Assembly: GCA_046759465.1 (NCBI GenBank)
Contig: JBHICH010000006.1
Coordinates: forward strand, 1 to 54,272
DNA: 54,272 nt
Source: Nitrososphaerales archaeon
GTDB lineage: Archaea; Thermoproteota; Nitrososphaeria; Nitrososphaerales; UBA213
Direction of reading: 5' to 3'
The notes beneath the pieces were generated by a model. That model was not told the DNA's origin. It worked only from the letters and a program-made list of their open reading frames with translations, and ran no database searches. A program made the translations under genes and the position numbers. Below are positions 19,520-29,091 of the stretch, piece by piece (the stretch's first letter is position 1; every line of letters begins with the position of its first letter).

Positions 19520-20596
19520 TTGAGCAAAGTAGCGTTGGTTGCTATAACAAAACATGGAATAGAGATTGCCAGAAAGATCAAGGCAAAGACGCCGGAATTT
19601 CACATTTATGTCCCACAGAAATTTAGCGATGGAAAAGATGATATAAACTGGTACAGCGACCCTAGTCCTTTAGCAATAGGTAAGCTATTCAAGTCTTACG
19701 ATGGATTAGTTTGCATATTCTCACTTGGTGCGGCATTGAGACTGGTTGCACCTCATCTGAAGGATAAGAAGACAGATCCTGCTGTTGTGGTTATAGATGA
19801 TAAAGCAAAGTTTGTAATAAGTGCGTTATCAGGACACCTTGGCGGTGCAAATGCATTGGCAAGGTTGATTGCATCAGTACTGAATGCTACACCTGTTATC
19901 ACCACCGCGTCTGACGTTAATGAAACTATTGCTGTGGATCTCTTGGGAAGAGAGTTTGGATGGCTTACTGATGACGATCATAATGTTACAAAGGTAAGCG
20001 CATGCATGGTGAATGAAGAGAAGATTGGAATTTATCAGGATTCTGGGGAACGCAATTGGTGGTTTGTGGATCGGCCGCTGCCAACAAATGTCCAGATCTT
20101 CAACAATCTTGATGAGTTGTCAGGCTCAGATTGTAAAGCATCTCTAATAATTACAAACAAGTTGCTTGACGAAAAGTTTGAAATGCTTTTACAAAAATCA
20201 GTTGTTTACAGACCAAAAAGTTTAGTTGTTGGCTTGGGATTGCACTGGGATACAAAGAAGGACGAAATTATACAAGGCATACAAACAACATTAAAAGATG
20301 CAGGTTTAAGTTTCAAAAGCGTAAAAAATATTGCGACGATAAACAGAGAGGCAGTAGTTACGGGTCTACAAGAATTTTCCAATGAATACAAAATTCCGGT
20401 TGAATATTTTGATAAAAATCAACTTTCAAAGATCGATGTGCCTAATCCCTCTGACACGGTAAGGAAGTTCGAGGGTACACCAAGTGTCTCAGAAGCATCT
20501 GCAATGTCAAGTGCCAAGAACAATACATTGCTCATTCAAAAACGCAAGTTCCCACCAAACCTAACGGTCGCTGTAAGCGAGGTAAAGGTGAGCTGA
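19520..20596 (+). CDS. cbiG: Cobalt-precorrin-5A hydrolase
   Basis: DKKTDPAVVVID, LSGHLGGAN, PVITTASD, SVSEASA. Confidence 0.93.
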   Translation: MSKVALVAITKHGIEIARKIKAKTPEFHIYVPQKFSDGKDDINWYSDPSPLAIGKLFKSYDGLVCIFSLGAALRLVAPHLKDKKTDPAVVVIDDKAKFVISALSGHLGGANALARLIASVLNATPVITTASDVNETIAVDLLGREFGWLTDDDHNVTKVSACMVNEEKIGIYQDSGERNWWFVDRPLPTNVQIFNNLDELSGSDCKASLIITNKLLDEKFEMLLQKSVVYRPKSLVVGLGLHWDTKKDEIIQGIQTTLKDAGLSFKSVKNIATINREAVVTGLQEFSNEYKIPVEYFDKNQLSKIDVPNPSDTVRKFEGTPSVSEASAMSSAKNNTLLIQKRKFPPNLTVAVSEVKVS

Positions 20597-21354
20597 TGAA
20601 AAAAGCATTACTACTTGTAGACAGAGGCAGTAAGGAGCAGGATGTGAAGGATGAATTATATGAGATTTGTAGCATTGCTAAGAAACGTGGAGGTTACTAT
20701 TTTTCCGATTATGCATTTCTTGAGGTTATACCTCCGTACATCGGTGAAGGTATCAACTCATGTGTAAAACACGGTGCAGAATTCCTAACCATAATGCCTT
20801 ACTTCCTTTATCCGGGTTTGAAGTTAAAGTTAGCAGTAGAGCGGATCGAAAAGATTTCCAGAGACCTGGGTCTCAAATTTGCTGTAACTGATTGTCTGAG
20901 CTATCATGATAAACTGATCGATGTTGTTAGAGATAGAATCAATGAAGTTAAACAGAAAGAGCAAATCAATCACTCTGACAACGAGTGTGACATATTGTTG
21001 ATTGGCCATGGAAGCAGTGATAAAGATGCAAGAAAGGCATTCTTGTATGTTGCCGATTCAATAAAATCAACGTATAGAAACGTTGGTTTCTGTTTTCTGG
21101 AGCTTGATAGTCCTAACATAGGAGAAGGAATCAGACAGTCCTTAGACAACAACCCAAAAGCGCTGATACTTGTGCCTTACTTTTTGCATCATGGTGCACA
21201 TATCAAGCGAGATGTAAAAGAAGAGGTTAGCAAAGCATTGAAAGAATGTAATTCAAGCAATTTGTACATAGCAAGACATCTAGGTGTAGAAGGTAAGATA
21301 GTTGATGTTGTGATCGAGCGAGCGAGAGAGGTGGAGCGAAAATTTGGCATCTGA
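20596..21354 (+). CDS. cbiX: Sirohydrochlorin cobaltochelatase, two-domain CbiX
   Basis: Duplicated RGS/HGS..FLE..P..PYFL domains with H-x2-x-D motif in the second. Confidence 0.88.
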   Translation: MKKALLLVDRGSKEQDVKDELYEICSIAKKRGGYYFSDYAFLEVIPPYIGEGINSCVKHGAEFLTIMPYFLYPGLKLKLAVERIEKISRDLGLKFAVTDCLSYHDKLIDVVRDRINEVKQKEQINHSDNECDILLIGHGSSDKDARKAFLYVADSIKSTYRNVGFCFLELDSPNIGEGIRQSLDNNPKALILVPYFLHHGAHIKRDVKEEVSKALKECNSSNLYIARHLGVEGKIVDVVIERAREVERKFGI

Positions 21355-21979
21355 AAAAGCTATTGACATAGAGAAAAGAAGTATGGAAATTATTGAGGAG
21401 GAAGTTGGAAAACACAATTACAATCAACTAGAGTGGATTATAGTTCGAAGAGTAATTCATGCGACGGCAGACTTCGACTTTGCAAAACAAAATTCAATAA
21501 TATTTCACAAAGATGCAATACATTCTGCATTGAACGCAATAGTAGATAAATGTGCCATAGTGGGAGATTCAGATATTGTGCTGGCTGGTTTGAACAAGAA
21601 GAATTTGAATGATTTTGCAATCAAGTGTAGTTGCTACATATCAGATGCACAAGTTGCAGATCATGCTAAGAAACTAAACAAGACAAGAGCAGAAATGTCA
21701 ATGCGCAAAGCTGCTAGTGAAATTAACAATGGAATAGTTGCCATTGGTAATGCACCAACCGCACTTTATGAGATTATTAAGATGGTTCAAGAGAGAGTTG
21801 TTAAACCTGCACTAATAATTGGAATTCCAGTCGGTTTTGTATCAGCAGTGGAATCTAAAGAAGAACTATCGACTATGGATGTTCCATACATAACCAACAA
21901 AGGCAGAAAGGGCGGCAGCACTGTTGCAGCATCCATAATCAATGCTTTGTTTGGAATCTACCGAGATAAAATGGGTTAA
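21344..21979 (+). CDS. cbiC: Precorrin-8X methylmutase
   Basis: RRVIHATADF, IGNAPTAL, PVGFV, GRKGGS. Confidence 0.95.
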   Translation: MASEKAIDIEKRSMEIIEEEVGKHNYNQLEWIIVRRVIHATADFDFAKQNSIIFHKDAIHSALNAIVDKCAIVGDSDIVLAGLNKKNLNDFAIKCSCYISDAQVADHAKKLNKTRAEMSMRKAASEINNGIVAIGNAPTALYEIIKMVQERVVKPALIIGIPVGFVSAVESKEELSTMDVPYITNKGRKGGSTVAASIINALFGIYRDKMG

Positions 21980-23337
21980 GCCTTACTGAATTCTTTGCAA
22001 GCGAGCAACAAGTTTTCGGCCAAACTTCTGCTTGCAAAATGCATATGCATGTATGATGCCAAGGTGTTATATTCTACAAAACCATCCTTGCTGCCATTCA
22101 CCCCCTTTCCCCTGCTCAATTGATAGGCAAACTTGGAATCTCTGGGAATGTTGTCTATTCTTGAGTAATGAAACTCATGACCTCTGATAGTCTTGCCAGC
22201 TTTTGCAAGTAAACATAAGCTTGTTACTTTCGCTTCGGTATAGTTGAGTGTCAGTTTTTTGTCCATTACTGTATCACCATCAAAGAGGTTTACCATGCTA
22301 TGCTTCTTACCATCGAATTGGGTTATGCTTCTCGTTAGATACATGAGACCTCCACACTCTGCATATATTGGCATACCATCACTTGCAACCTTTCTAATGG
22401 AATTTAACATGCTGGAATTTTGTTCAAGCTTATCAGCAAGAACCTCTGGAAAGCCGCCTCCAAGATAAAGACCGTCAGCATCTGGTATGGTTTTATCATT
22501 TACTGGGCTAAAGAACTGCAGATCAGCTCCTAGGGAACGTAAAATATCTAGATTGTCAGCATAGTAGAAGTTGAATGAGTCGTCTAACGCAACAGCTATG
22601 GTTGGGCCGACCTTCTTTGATATACTGCTAACTTTAATTTTCAATTTAGGAGCTTTTTTCGCAATTGTAACTGTCTTATCAATATCTATCTGATCCTTAA
22701 CATTCCTTGCTACTGCCATTACCTTGTCAATCATGTCTCTCCTCTCGGAGGTTGGTATAAGACCCAGATGTCTTTCCTGCAGTTCTATCTCCTTGTTTCT
22801 TTTTATTGCGCCAAGCACTGGAACTTTTACCTTCTGCTTTATTGCATCGATGCAGTACTTTGCATGTTTTTCCCCTGCAACATTGTTAAGTATGAATCCT
22901 GCAATACTTATGCTTGGATCGAACTTTAGAAATCCAAGTGCAACTGCGGCAATGGATCTTGCCGCTTTGCTAGCATCAATTACTAAAACAACGGGACTCT
23001 TAAGCAGTTTTGCTATGTGAGCTGTACTAGCAAAGTCGCTTCCACCAGACAGACCATCAAAAAGTCCCATTACGCCTTCAATAACTGCAAAGTCTGCATC
23101 TTTACTTGCTTCGTTAAAACTATTCATTAGACCTTTTTCGCCCATCAACCATGGATCTAGGTTTCTAGACTGTCTATCAGTTACAGTGGTATGATAACTT
23201 GGATCTATGTAATCAGGTCCGACTTTGAAACCCTGTACCTTGTATCCTTTCTCTTGCAACCCTTTCATGATGGCTATTGAGATGCTTGTCTTTCCCACGC
23301 TGCTGGCTGTACCAGCGATGATAAGTCTAGGTATCAA
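21976..23337 (-). CDS. cbiA: Cobyrinate a,c-diamide synthase
   Basis: SSVGKT, FKVGPDYIDP, EGVMGLFDG, ERHLGL, AECGG, GHEFHYS. Confidence 0.96.
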   Translation of the reverse strand: MIPRLIIAGTASSVGKTSISIAIMKGLQEKGYKVQGFKVGPDYIDPSYHTTVTDRQSRNLDPWLMGEKGLMNSFNEASKDADFAVIEGVMGLFDGLSGGSDFASTAHIAKLLKSPVVLVIDASKAARSIAAVALGFLKFDPSISIAGFILNNVAGEKHAKYCIDAIKQKVKVPVLGAIKRNKEIELQERHLGLIPTSERRDMIDKVMAVARNVKDQIDIDKTVTIAKKAPKLKIKVSSISKKVGPTIAVALDDSFNFYYADNLDILRSLGADLQFFSPVNDKTIPDADGLYLGGGFPEVLADKLEQNSSMLNSIRKVASDGMPIYAECGGLMYLTRSITQFDGKKHSMVNLFDGDTVMDKKLTLNYTEAKVTSLCLLAKAGKTIRGHEFHYSRIDNIPRDSKFAYQLSRGKGVNGSKDGFVEYNTLASYMHMHFASRSLAENLLLACKEFSKA

Positions 23338-23522
23338 TACGGCAATAATGTTACGGTTTTTATTTATAATTATACCCAGTATATGTTGACGCCTTTCTCT
23401 TTGGAGTCCTCTTGATAAGTGTTTTAACCTCTGCGACTCTATTCCACACGGTGCTCCAAGTACGTAGTGATCTACTACAGCGTCATCAGCTGTTATGGCT
23501 TACTCTCCGAGTTGAATAAACA

Positions 23523-24533
23523 TTAAAATAATTTTTTTAATATATTCCACCAAAAATTATCCTCAAACAACACGGGATTTTCACCATCTACATTTACTTT
23601 CTTAGAAGTACGTTTAATGAAATACAGAAATACTTTACCGCAAATTTTGTAAACTTGCGATTCCGGGCTTTTAGAAACCATAGTATCCACAATACAAGGG
23701 CTGACATTTTTTAACAAGAATTTTTTTATCATATCCCTAGAAAAGTATGAAAGTTCTTGATATCTTTCGTGCATGTCTTTTAATATGTATTCTCTTGAAT
23801 TTGATAAAGAATAATGAGCGTGTTCAAGTGATTCCTCAAAAGTTCTAAGATTTCTTTCTGTTTCTGAAATGCGTATCCTCCCAACTTTCATCGCATCTCT
23901 TAATGCGTCCAAATTGTTTTCCGATTCAATCTGATTCACACATCTTCCGACAGTGGATTTCAAATGAGAGTCGCTGCCGCCGACTTTTATTTTATTATGT
24001 TTCTCAGCAAATTCTTCTGCTTTCTGATTAGAATATTCGTCAGGATTGTTGGAATTGAATACTTCGACATGATCTAATAGAACTGCGTTTCCTCGAATAC
24101 CATTTCGAACAGCAAAGGGATGAACAGCTACGGCTATGCCGTTTTTTTCTTTTATTTCCTCTAACGTTTCTTCGATAGACTGGTATGGCTTTATATAACC
24201 ATCAATGAAAAGAGCCGTGACGTGCTTGTTGCCTTCAACAGTTACTTCTTCTCCTCTATAGATTTGTATGCCCTTAAATCTCTCATGGTTATTTTTGTAG
24301 CCTATCAAGTGTCGATATCCTTGGTCTGTGTTATGATCTGTAATTACTAAAGCTTTCAAATTCTTCTTAACCATCGCATAACAAATTTGTTCTGGAGTCG
24401 TTCCGCAATCATAAGGTATACTTTTAGAATTCTGGAAATTTGAGAATACACTATGAACATGAAGTTCTGCTCTTAGTTCATATTGTACTTCTTCATAATT
24501 TCTGCCGAGTTGACTATCACTCTTGGTTGTCAT
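23523..24533 (-). CDS. PHP-domain metal-dependent phosphoesterase
   Basis: ELHVHS, ITDHN, GEEV, AVHPF, GGSDSH motifs. Confidence 0.88.
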   Translation of the reverse strand: MTTKSDSQLGRNYEEVQYELRAELHVHSVFSNFQNSKSIPYDCGTTPEQICYAMVKKNLKALVITDHNTDQGYRHLIGYKNNHERFKGIQIYRGEEVTVEGNKHVTALFIDGYIKPYQSIEETLEEIKEKNGIAVAVHPFAVRNGIRGNAVLLDHVEVFNSNNPDEYSNQKAEEFAEKHNKIKVGGSDSHLKSTVGRCVNQIESENNLDALRDAMKVGRIRISETERNLRTFEESLEHAHYSLSNSREYILKDMHERYQELSYFSRDMIKKFLLKNVSPCIVDTMVSKSPESQVYKICGKVFLYFIKRTSKKVNVDGENPVLFEDNFWWNILKKLF

Positions 24534-24654
24534 GCTATCTAATTCTCATCTAGAACTCCAAAATTAATAGTTACTCTTCATGGTCCTGAACTTCGTTGAC
24601 GCGTGTTAAAGGAAAGTTACTTTCGTTATCTTTTTCCTGTGATAAGAAATAGTA

Positions 24655-24670
24655 TTGGCATAACCAATTC
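24655..24670 (+). repeat. Boundary motif copy 1, TTGGCATAACCAATTC
   Basis: 14/16 identical to the reverse complements of 28945-28960 and 30962-30977. Confidence 0.6.
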
Positions 24671-24732
24671 GAAAGTATCAGAATATCTGAATAAATTGAA
24701 GTCATGAGGTAAGAGCAGGTTCGACATTCTCA

Positions 24733-25125
24733 TCATCTCGCCTTCGGAGGTTTAAATCCATGCTTTCTTAATTCCTTGTAGACATCGCTCTGAGCCCAGC
24801 AGAAACCTATGTGATCGCAATCATCTGTCTTATCTTCCCTACACCACAACATACGCTCTCCTCCGTGAATCTCCACATCTATAGTACTTTTGCTGAAATT
24901 ATCATAAATCAGGAATGTAGGGCCAGAGGAGCCTATCCACTTGAAAGGCGCGTATCTTCTAATGTAATCCTTGTTATCAAGGACCCAGTCTAAAACCTCA
25001 TTGACATACGTGCCAAGAGTGGCGGATTTGGGATACTTGTCCCTCTCGGCATTGAAGCCTTGCTTAAGTTTCGATACAACATCAGGCCGTATAGAGACGT
25101 TCTTCCAACCTTTTTGTAAGGGCAT
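24733..25125 (-). CDS. Putative DNA-binding regulator: RHH-like N-terminus plus C-terminal C-x7-C-x-H Zn-type motif
   Basis: WKNVSIRPDVVSKLK (strand-helix) and WCREDKTDDCDHIGFC; divergent from the PolB2 cassette. Confidence 0.6.
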   Translation of the reverse strand: MPLQKGWKNVSIRPDVVSKLKQGFNAERDKYPKSATLGTYVNEVLDWVLDNKDYIRRYAPFKWIGSSGPTFLIYDNFSKSTIDVEIHGGERMLWCREDKTDDCDHIGFCWAQSDVYKELRKHGFKPPKAR

Positions 25126-25234
25126 ACCTTAGGATTACTAAGGTTATCTAATACTTATTGTTTATGGTATGAATAAGTATCCCTAAAAGTATCTAGGATC
25201 GTTTTAAATATTAGTATACCTTAGGTGACCTTAG
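25126..25234. promoter_or_regulatory. Divergent promoter with four ACCTTAG boxes and inverted AATAAGTAT elements
   Basis: ACCTTAG at 25126, 25218 and 25228, CTAAGGT at 25138; ATACTTATT 25151 / AATAAGTAT 25172; TTTAAATA at 25203. Confidence 0.65.
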
Positions 25235-25235
25235 T

Positions 25236-26000
25236 GTGATAATACTGCCATCGCGGCAAGAATCTCGTATAGATTCACTGAAACGTTACCCAATTAAATT
25301 CTACCACGCTTTTGCATTAATAGGATTAAATTCAGGTATTACGGAACTGGATAAACTGCTTGGTTTCATACCAAAAGGTAAAGTAGTATTTATCAAAGGT
25401 TCGCAATCACGCAAACACATACTCAAATCATTTTGTTTAAGAGCTATATCGCAATATCACAACTACTGCATATTCATTGATGGTGGTAACAGCTTCGATC
25501 CATACATATTATCAAAACTTGCTACTGTCAGCAAACAGAATCCTAAAGAAGTATTGAGTAGAGTGATAATCTCCAGAGCATTCACTTGCCATCAATTAGC
25601 ATCATTGATAGTAAAAGAAACAGGAAAGATTGTTGAGGCATATACAACGAATCTAGTAGTAGTTTCCGATATTCTGTATTTGTTCACAGATCCAGAGTCA
25701 GAGATCGATAAGTATGAAACTGAAATGATTCTTCCAAAGATGTTAAAGTGTCTTACTAATCTAGCAAAGCAAAAAGATAGTATTGTAATAATCACTTCGG
25801 ATAATAGCAGTGCTTGGTTAAGCAGGATGGTAGAATCTTTCTCAGATATTGCTTTAGTGGTGAATAATGATAATGGAATGATCAGTGTAAGCTTGAACAA
25901 GCATCCATTTCTTCCTCATGCTTCTACTACGTTTACCTTGGAGCTTCAACCAGAGAAGAAAATAGCGAAGCTTGAATCGTGGATGATGATAAATGGGTAG
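25236..26000 (+). CDS. RecA/Rad51-like protein with degenerate Walker A (PolB2-associated, ImuA-like)
   Basis: SGITELDKLLG, FIDGGNSFDPY, ISRAFTCHQL; P-loop reads KGSQSRKH. Confidence 0.8.
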   Translation: MIILPSRQESRIDSLKRYPIKFYHAFALIGLNSGITELDKLLGFIPKGKVVFIKGSQSRKHILKSFCLRAISQYHNYCIFIDGGNSFDPYILSKLATVSKQNPKEVLSRVIISRAFTCHQLASLIVKETGKIVEAYTTNLVVVSDILYLFTDPESEIDKYETEMILPKMLKCLTNLAKQKDSIVIITSDNSSAWLSRMVESFSDIALVVNNDNGMISVSLNKHPFLPHASTTFTLELQPEKKIAKLESWMMING

Positions 26001-26268
26001 AACAATTCCGTCGTTCAGAATGCTGATAAATATAGAAATGGCGAGATGGAAAGAATTCCGAAACCAGCTCTCAAGTGAAGATAAAACGATATTTGATGAA
26101 CTCATGAATAACAGCAAGCTTCACTCATCAGCATCCTCTTGTGCATTGAGAACGAATGTGTTTGAAGGTTTGTGTATGGCGATCCTACTAGACCATCAAA
26201 GACGACTAGAAGCTCTTGCTACAGAGTTGGAGCAATTGCATCTAGGTGCCAGCAATGAAAAGATTTGA
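25993..26268 (+). CDS. Small alpha-helical PolB2-associated protein (arCOG07300-like), copy 1
   Basis: MGRTIPSFR...W..FR..L...DK.IFDEL signature; overlaps neighbouring genes. Confidence 0.75.
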   Translation: MGRTIPSFRMLINIEMARWKEFRNQLSSEDKTIFDELMNNSKLHSSASSCALRTNVFEGLCMAILLDHQRRLEALATELEQLHLGASNEKI

Positions 26269-26494
26269 TGAAGAAATTCAGGGATGGCAAGGTTTTCTTA
26301 ATGCACTGCGAGCAGATGACAGAGTTGTCTTCCGAAGGATGCTAATTGATTTACAAAAATACGCAGAAGTAATAGGTCAGCAAGAAAATCCTACAGAAAC
26401 ACTAGTCGTTGCTATACTGTTGCAACAGTACAAAATCATAAAATGGCTTGAAACAGAGATGCAAAAACTGAAGCTCAAATTAAAGGAGAGTTAA
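26255..26494 (+). CDS. Small alpha-helical PolB2-associated protein, copy 2 (truncated paralogue)
   Basis: EIQGWQGFLNALRADDRVVF...AILLQQ aligns with copy 1; AGGTG upstream of ATG 26255. Confidence 0.7.
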   Translation: MKRFDEEIQGWQGFLNALRADDRVVFRRMLIDLQKYAEVIGQQENPTETLVVAILLQQYKIIKWLETEMQKLKLKLKES

Positions 26495-26496
26495 GA

Positions 26497-28761
26497 TTGG
26501 TTGAAGGCTGGATACTAGACCTCCATCCTAATCCGAAGCAAGGTGGAGAGATGATAGTATGGTTAAAGCAAAGAAACGGACAAGCAACAAGTCTGATCGA
26601 TAAATGGAGTCCATCGATCTATGTTTCTGCAGATAGCAAGGAAGATTTTGACAGTGTGCTAAGAAATCCAGAAGTTAGGTTGCTTATTTCTGATCATGGG
26701 TTTGAATATAAAATTGCTGAAATTACTGAGAAGGAACCAAAAAATGTTCTACGATTAACACCAAAGCATCCCAGAGATATGATTAAACTTGCAAAATCGA
26801 TTTTTAATTCCAGTCCATACGGAAGATACGAGATCTACAATGCTGACATAGACCCTGCACAGATCTACATGTATGAACATGACCTATTTCCATTAGCATA
26901 TGTCAAAGCAGATGTTTGTAATGATAGCATTCTATGGAAGATGCTGGATTCGATAGAAAGCACCGATTATGAGTTACCCTCCTTCACCAAGTTGCATCTT
27001 AGGGTAAAGCATAACAAGCGAAATTTGCTGGTAAGCATCATAGATCCCATACAATCCATTGAGATGGTATCAGACAATGGGAGGTTTGTAATCGATGGTA
27101 GTGAGGAGCGCATTTTGTTGAGCGCGGTTCAAGAAGTCCAGAGGCTTGATCCCGATATAGTATTCACGAATGACGGTGACGCGTTTCTTGTTCCAAGTTT
27201 GTTGGAGAGAGCTAGAGTGAAGGGTCTGTCTGAAAAGATGGCCTTTGGACGAGATGGTCAAGCACTAGCATTACCATGGCGAAGAGGCTCGATCTACTTT
27301 TCATATGGCAAGGTGATCTACAAACCAAGGCCAGCTAGATTCCTTGGCAGGATTCACATCGATACTGCGAACGCATTCGTTTATGCTGAATGCGGTCTAG
27401 AAGGAGTCATAGAAGTTGCTAGAACTTGTAGAGTTCCTTTAGATACTACAGCAAGAGCATCCATCGGAAGAATCATGACAAGTATAGAATTTTACTATGC
27501 ATACAGGGATGGCATCCTTATTCCCTGGAAGCCAACTCTAGCAGAACGTTTCAAGAATGGATGGGACTTGATGGTTGGAGATAGAGGAGGATTCATCTTC
27601 GAACCAAAGGTTGGAGTGCATGATAACGTAGGCGGGATCGATTTCTCCTCCCTCTATCCCACACTGATGTTTAAGAACAATATTAGTGCGGAAACAATTG
27701 GTTGTGATTGCTGTCCAGACTCCAGTATAAGAGTTCCAGAACTTGATTATAATATTTGTGAAAAGAGAGTTGGAATAATTTCAAAGGCTCTTGATTTACT
27801 GCTGCAGAAAAGAGCAAGATATAAAGAGCTTAAGAAATCTGTGCAAGATAAGGATACAAGGATAGTATATGATCGCAGACAAAATGCATTGAAGTGGGTT
27901 CTTGTCTCATGCTTTGGTTATCTTGGATTTAGGAATGCAAAGTTTGGGAGAATAGATGCCCATATGACAGTTTGTGCATTTGCTAGAAAGGCATTGTTTG
28001 ATGCTGTGAAGATTGCCGAGAATAATGCATATGAGATTATACATGGCATCGTTGATTCATTATGGTTAAAGAAGCGAAATGCGGAAGAGGAAGATTACAT
28101 CGAACTTTGTTCGCTAATCAAGGAAGCGACTGAATTACCCATATCATTCGAAGGGGTATACAAATGGATAGCATTTCTGCCATCGAAGATGTATGATGGA
28201 CTTCCTGTTATCAACAGATACTTTGGCGTATTCAAGAATGGAGAGATTAAGACACGTGGAATAGAAGCCAGAAAGCATGACACACCAGAATTTATCAGAA
28301 GATGCCAGCTGGAGATGTTAAAGATATTGGCTAAGTACCCTAATTCTGATCAGGTTAAGGAGCATCTTATGGAGGCTGTAAAGGTTCTTGCAAAGTATCT
28401 TAAGCTGCTTGAAGATAGACAAGTGTCTATTGAAGATCTCGTCATCAATAAACGCCTTAGCAAAAGTGCATCAGATTACAAGAAAGATATTCTTCAAGCA
28501 ATAGTTTCTAAACAGCTTGCTAACGATGGGAGAGAGCTTGTTGCTGGTCAAGTAATAAGTTACATAATAACTGACTTCTATAACAAGAATCCAGAGAAGA
28601 GGGCACTTCATATTGACTTGCTGAGGGACAACTCGGAATATGATGTAAGAAAATATTCAAAAATGCTAATTGATTCTGCTAACACAATTCTAACTCCGTT
28701 TGGCTTAGTAGATCCTCTGCAATCCAAACTTTACCCACACAAAAGCAGTTGGAGAAGATAA
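26497..28761 (+). CDS. polB2: Family B DNA polymerase, PolB2 (Dpo2-like) group
   Basis: Motif A IDFSSLYP, motif B QNALKWVLVSCFGYLG, motif C HGIVDSLW instead of YGDTDS, KTRGIEARK; eroded exonuclease motifs. Confidence 0.9.
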   Translation: MVEGWILDLHPNPKQGGEMIVWLKQRNGQATSLIDKWSPSIYVSADSKEDFDSVLRNPEVRLLISDHGFEYKIAEITEKEPKNVLRLTPKHPRDMIKLAKSIFNSSPYGRYEIYNADIDPAQIYMYEHDLFPLAYVKADVCNDSILWKMLDSIESTDYELPSFTKLHLRVKHNKRNLLVSIIDPIQSIEMVSDNGRFVIDGSEERILLSAVQEVQRLDPDIVFTNDGDAFLVPSLLERARVKGLSEKMAFGRDGQALALPWRRGSIYFSYGKVIYKPRPARFLGRIHIDTANAFVYAECGLEGVIEVARTCRVPLDTTARASIGRIMTSIEFYYAYRDGILIPWKPTLAERFKNGWDLMVGDRGGFIFEPKVGVHDNVGGIDFSSLYPTLMFKNNISAETIGCDCCPDSSIRVPELDYNICEKRVGIISKALDLLLQKRARYKELKKSVQDKDTRIVYDRRQNALKWVLVSCFGYLGFRNAKFGRIDAHMTVCAFARKALFDAVKIAENNAYEIIHGIVDSLWLKKRNAEEEDYIELCSLIKEATELPISFEGVYKWIAFLPSKMYDGLPVINRYFGVFKNGEIKTRGIEARKHDTPEFIRRCQLEMLKILAKYPNSDQVKEHLMEAVKVLAKYLKLLEDRQVSIEDLVINKRLSKSASDYKKDILQAIVSKQLANDGRELVAGQVISYIITDFYNKNPEKRALHIDLLRDNSEYDVRKYSKMLIDSANTILTPFGLVDPLQSKLYPHKSSWRR

Positions 28762-28944
28762 AAATTGGACATTTTGGACATTTTCGGATTTATCAGAGTT
28801 TTTAATTTCAATTAAATTAGCAATTTCAAGAGCAGAGAGACTATTTAAATGGCTTTAACGGAACATCTAACCTCACCCTGCCTTTGTGTGGCAAAACGAC
28901 ATCGACTTTTTATTTAAGACTGTCATGGATAGGTAAAGTTTTAC

Positions 28945-28960
28945 GAATTGGGTTTGCCAA
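28945..28960 (-). repeat. Boundary motif copy 2 (reverse complement TTGGCAAACCCAATTC); weaker + copy at 28888-28905
   Basis: Lies between the convergent 3' ends of polB2 and the methyltransferase. Confidence 0.5.
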
Positions 28961-29091
28961 ATCTTATTTAAACTTGTCTTTCGGGGGCTCTGTCAAGTCT
29001 TTAGCTGTAAAAATTCATCTGTAAAAAATTGCGTAGGGGTGATGCAGACACCCTAATGGCTTCTACCGTATGTTTTATTTAAATAACTTGT

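Noticed and set aside
26497-28761. PolB as a casposon, pipolin or viral replicative polymerase
   Set aside because: Motifs match PolB2 (HGIVDS), not protein-primed or primer-independent PolB; no Cas1-like or capsid genes nearby.
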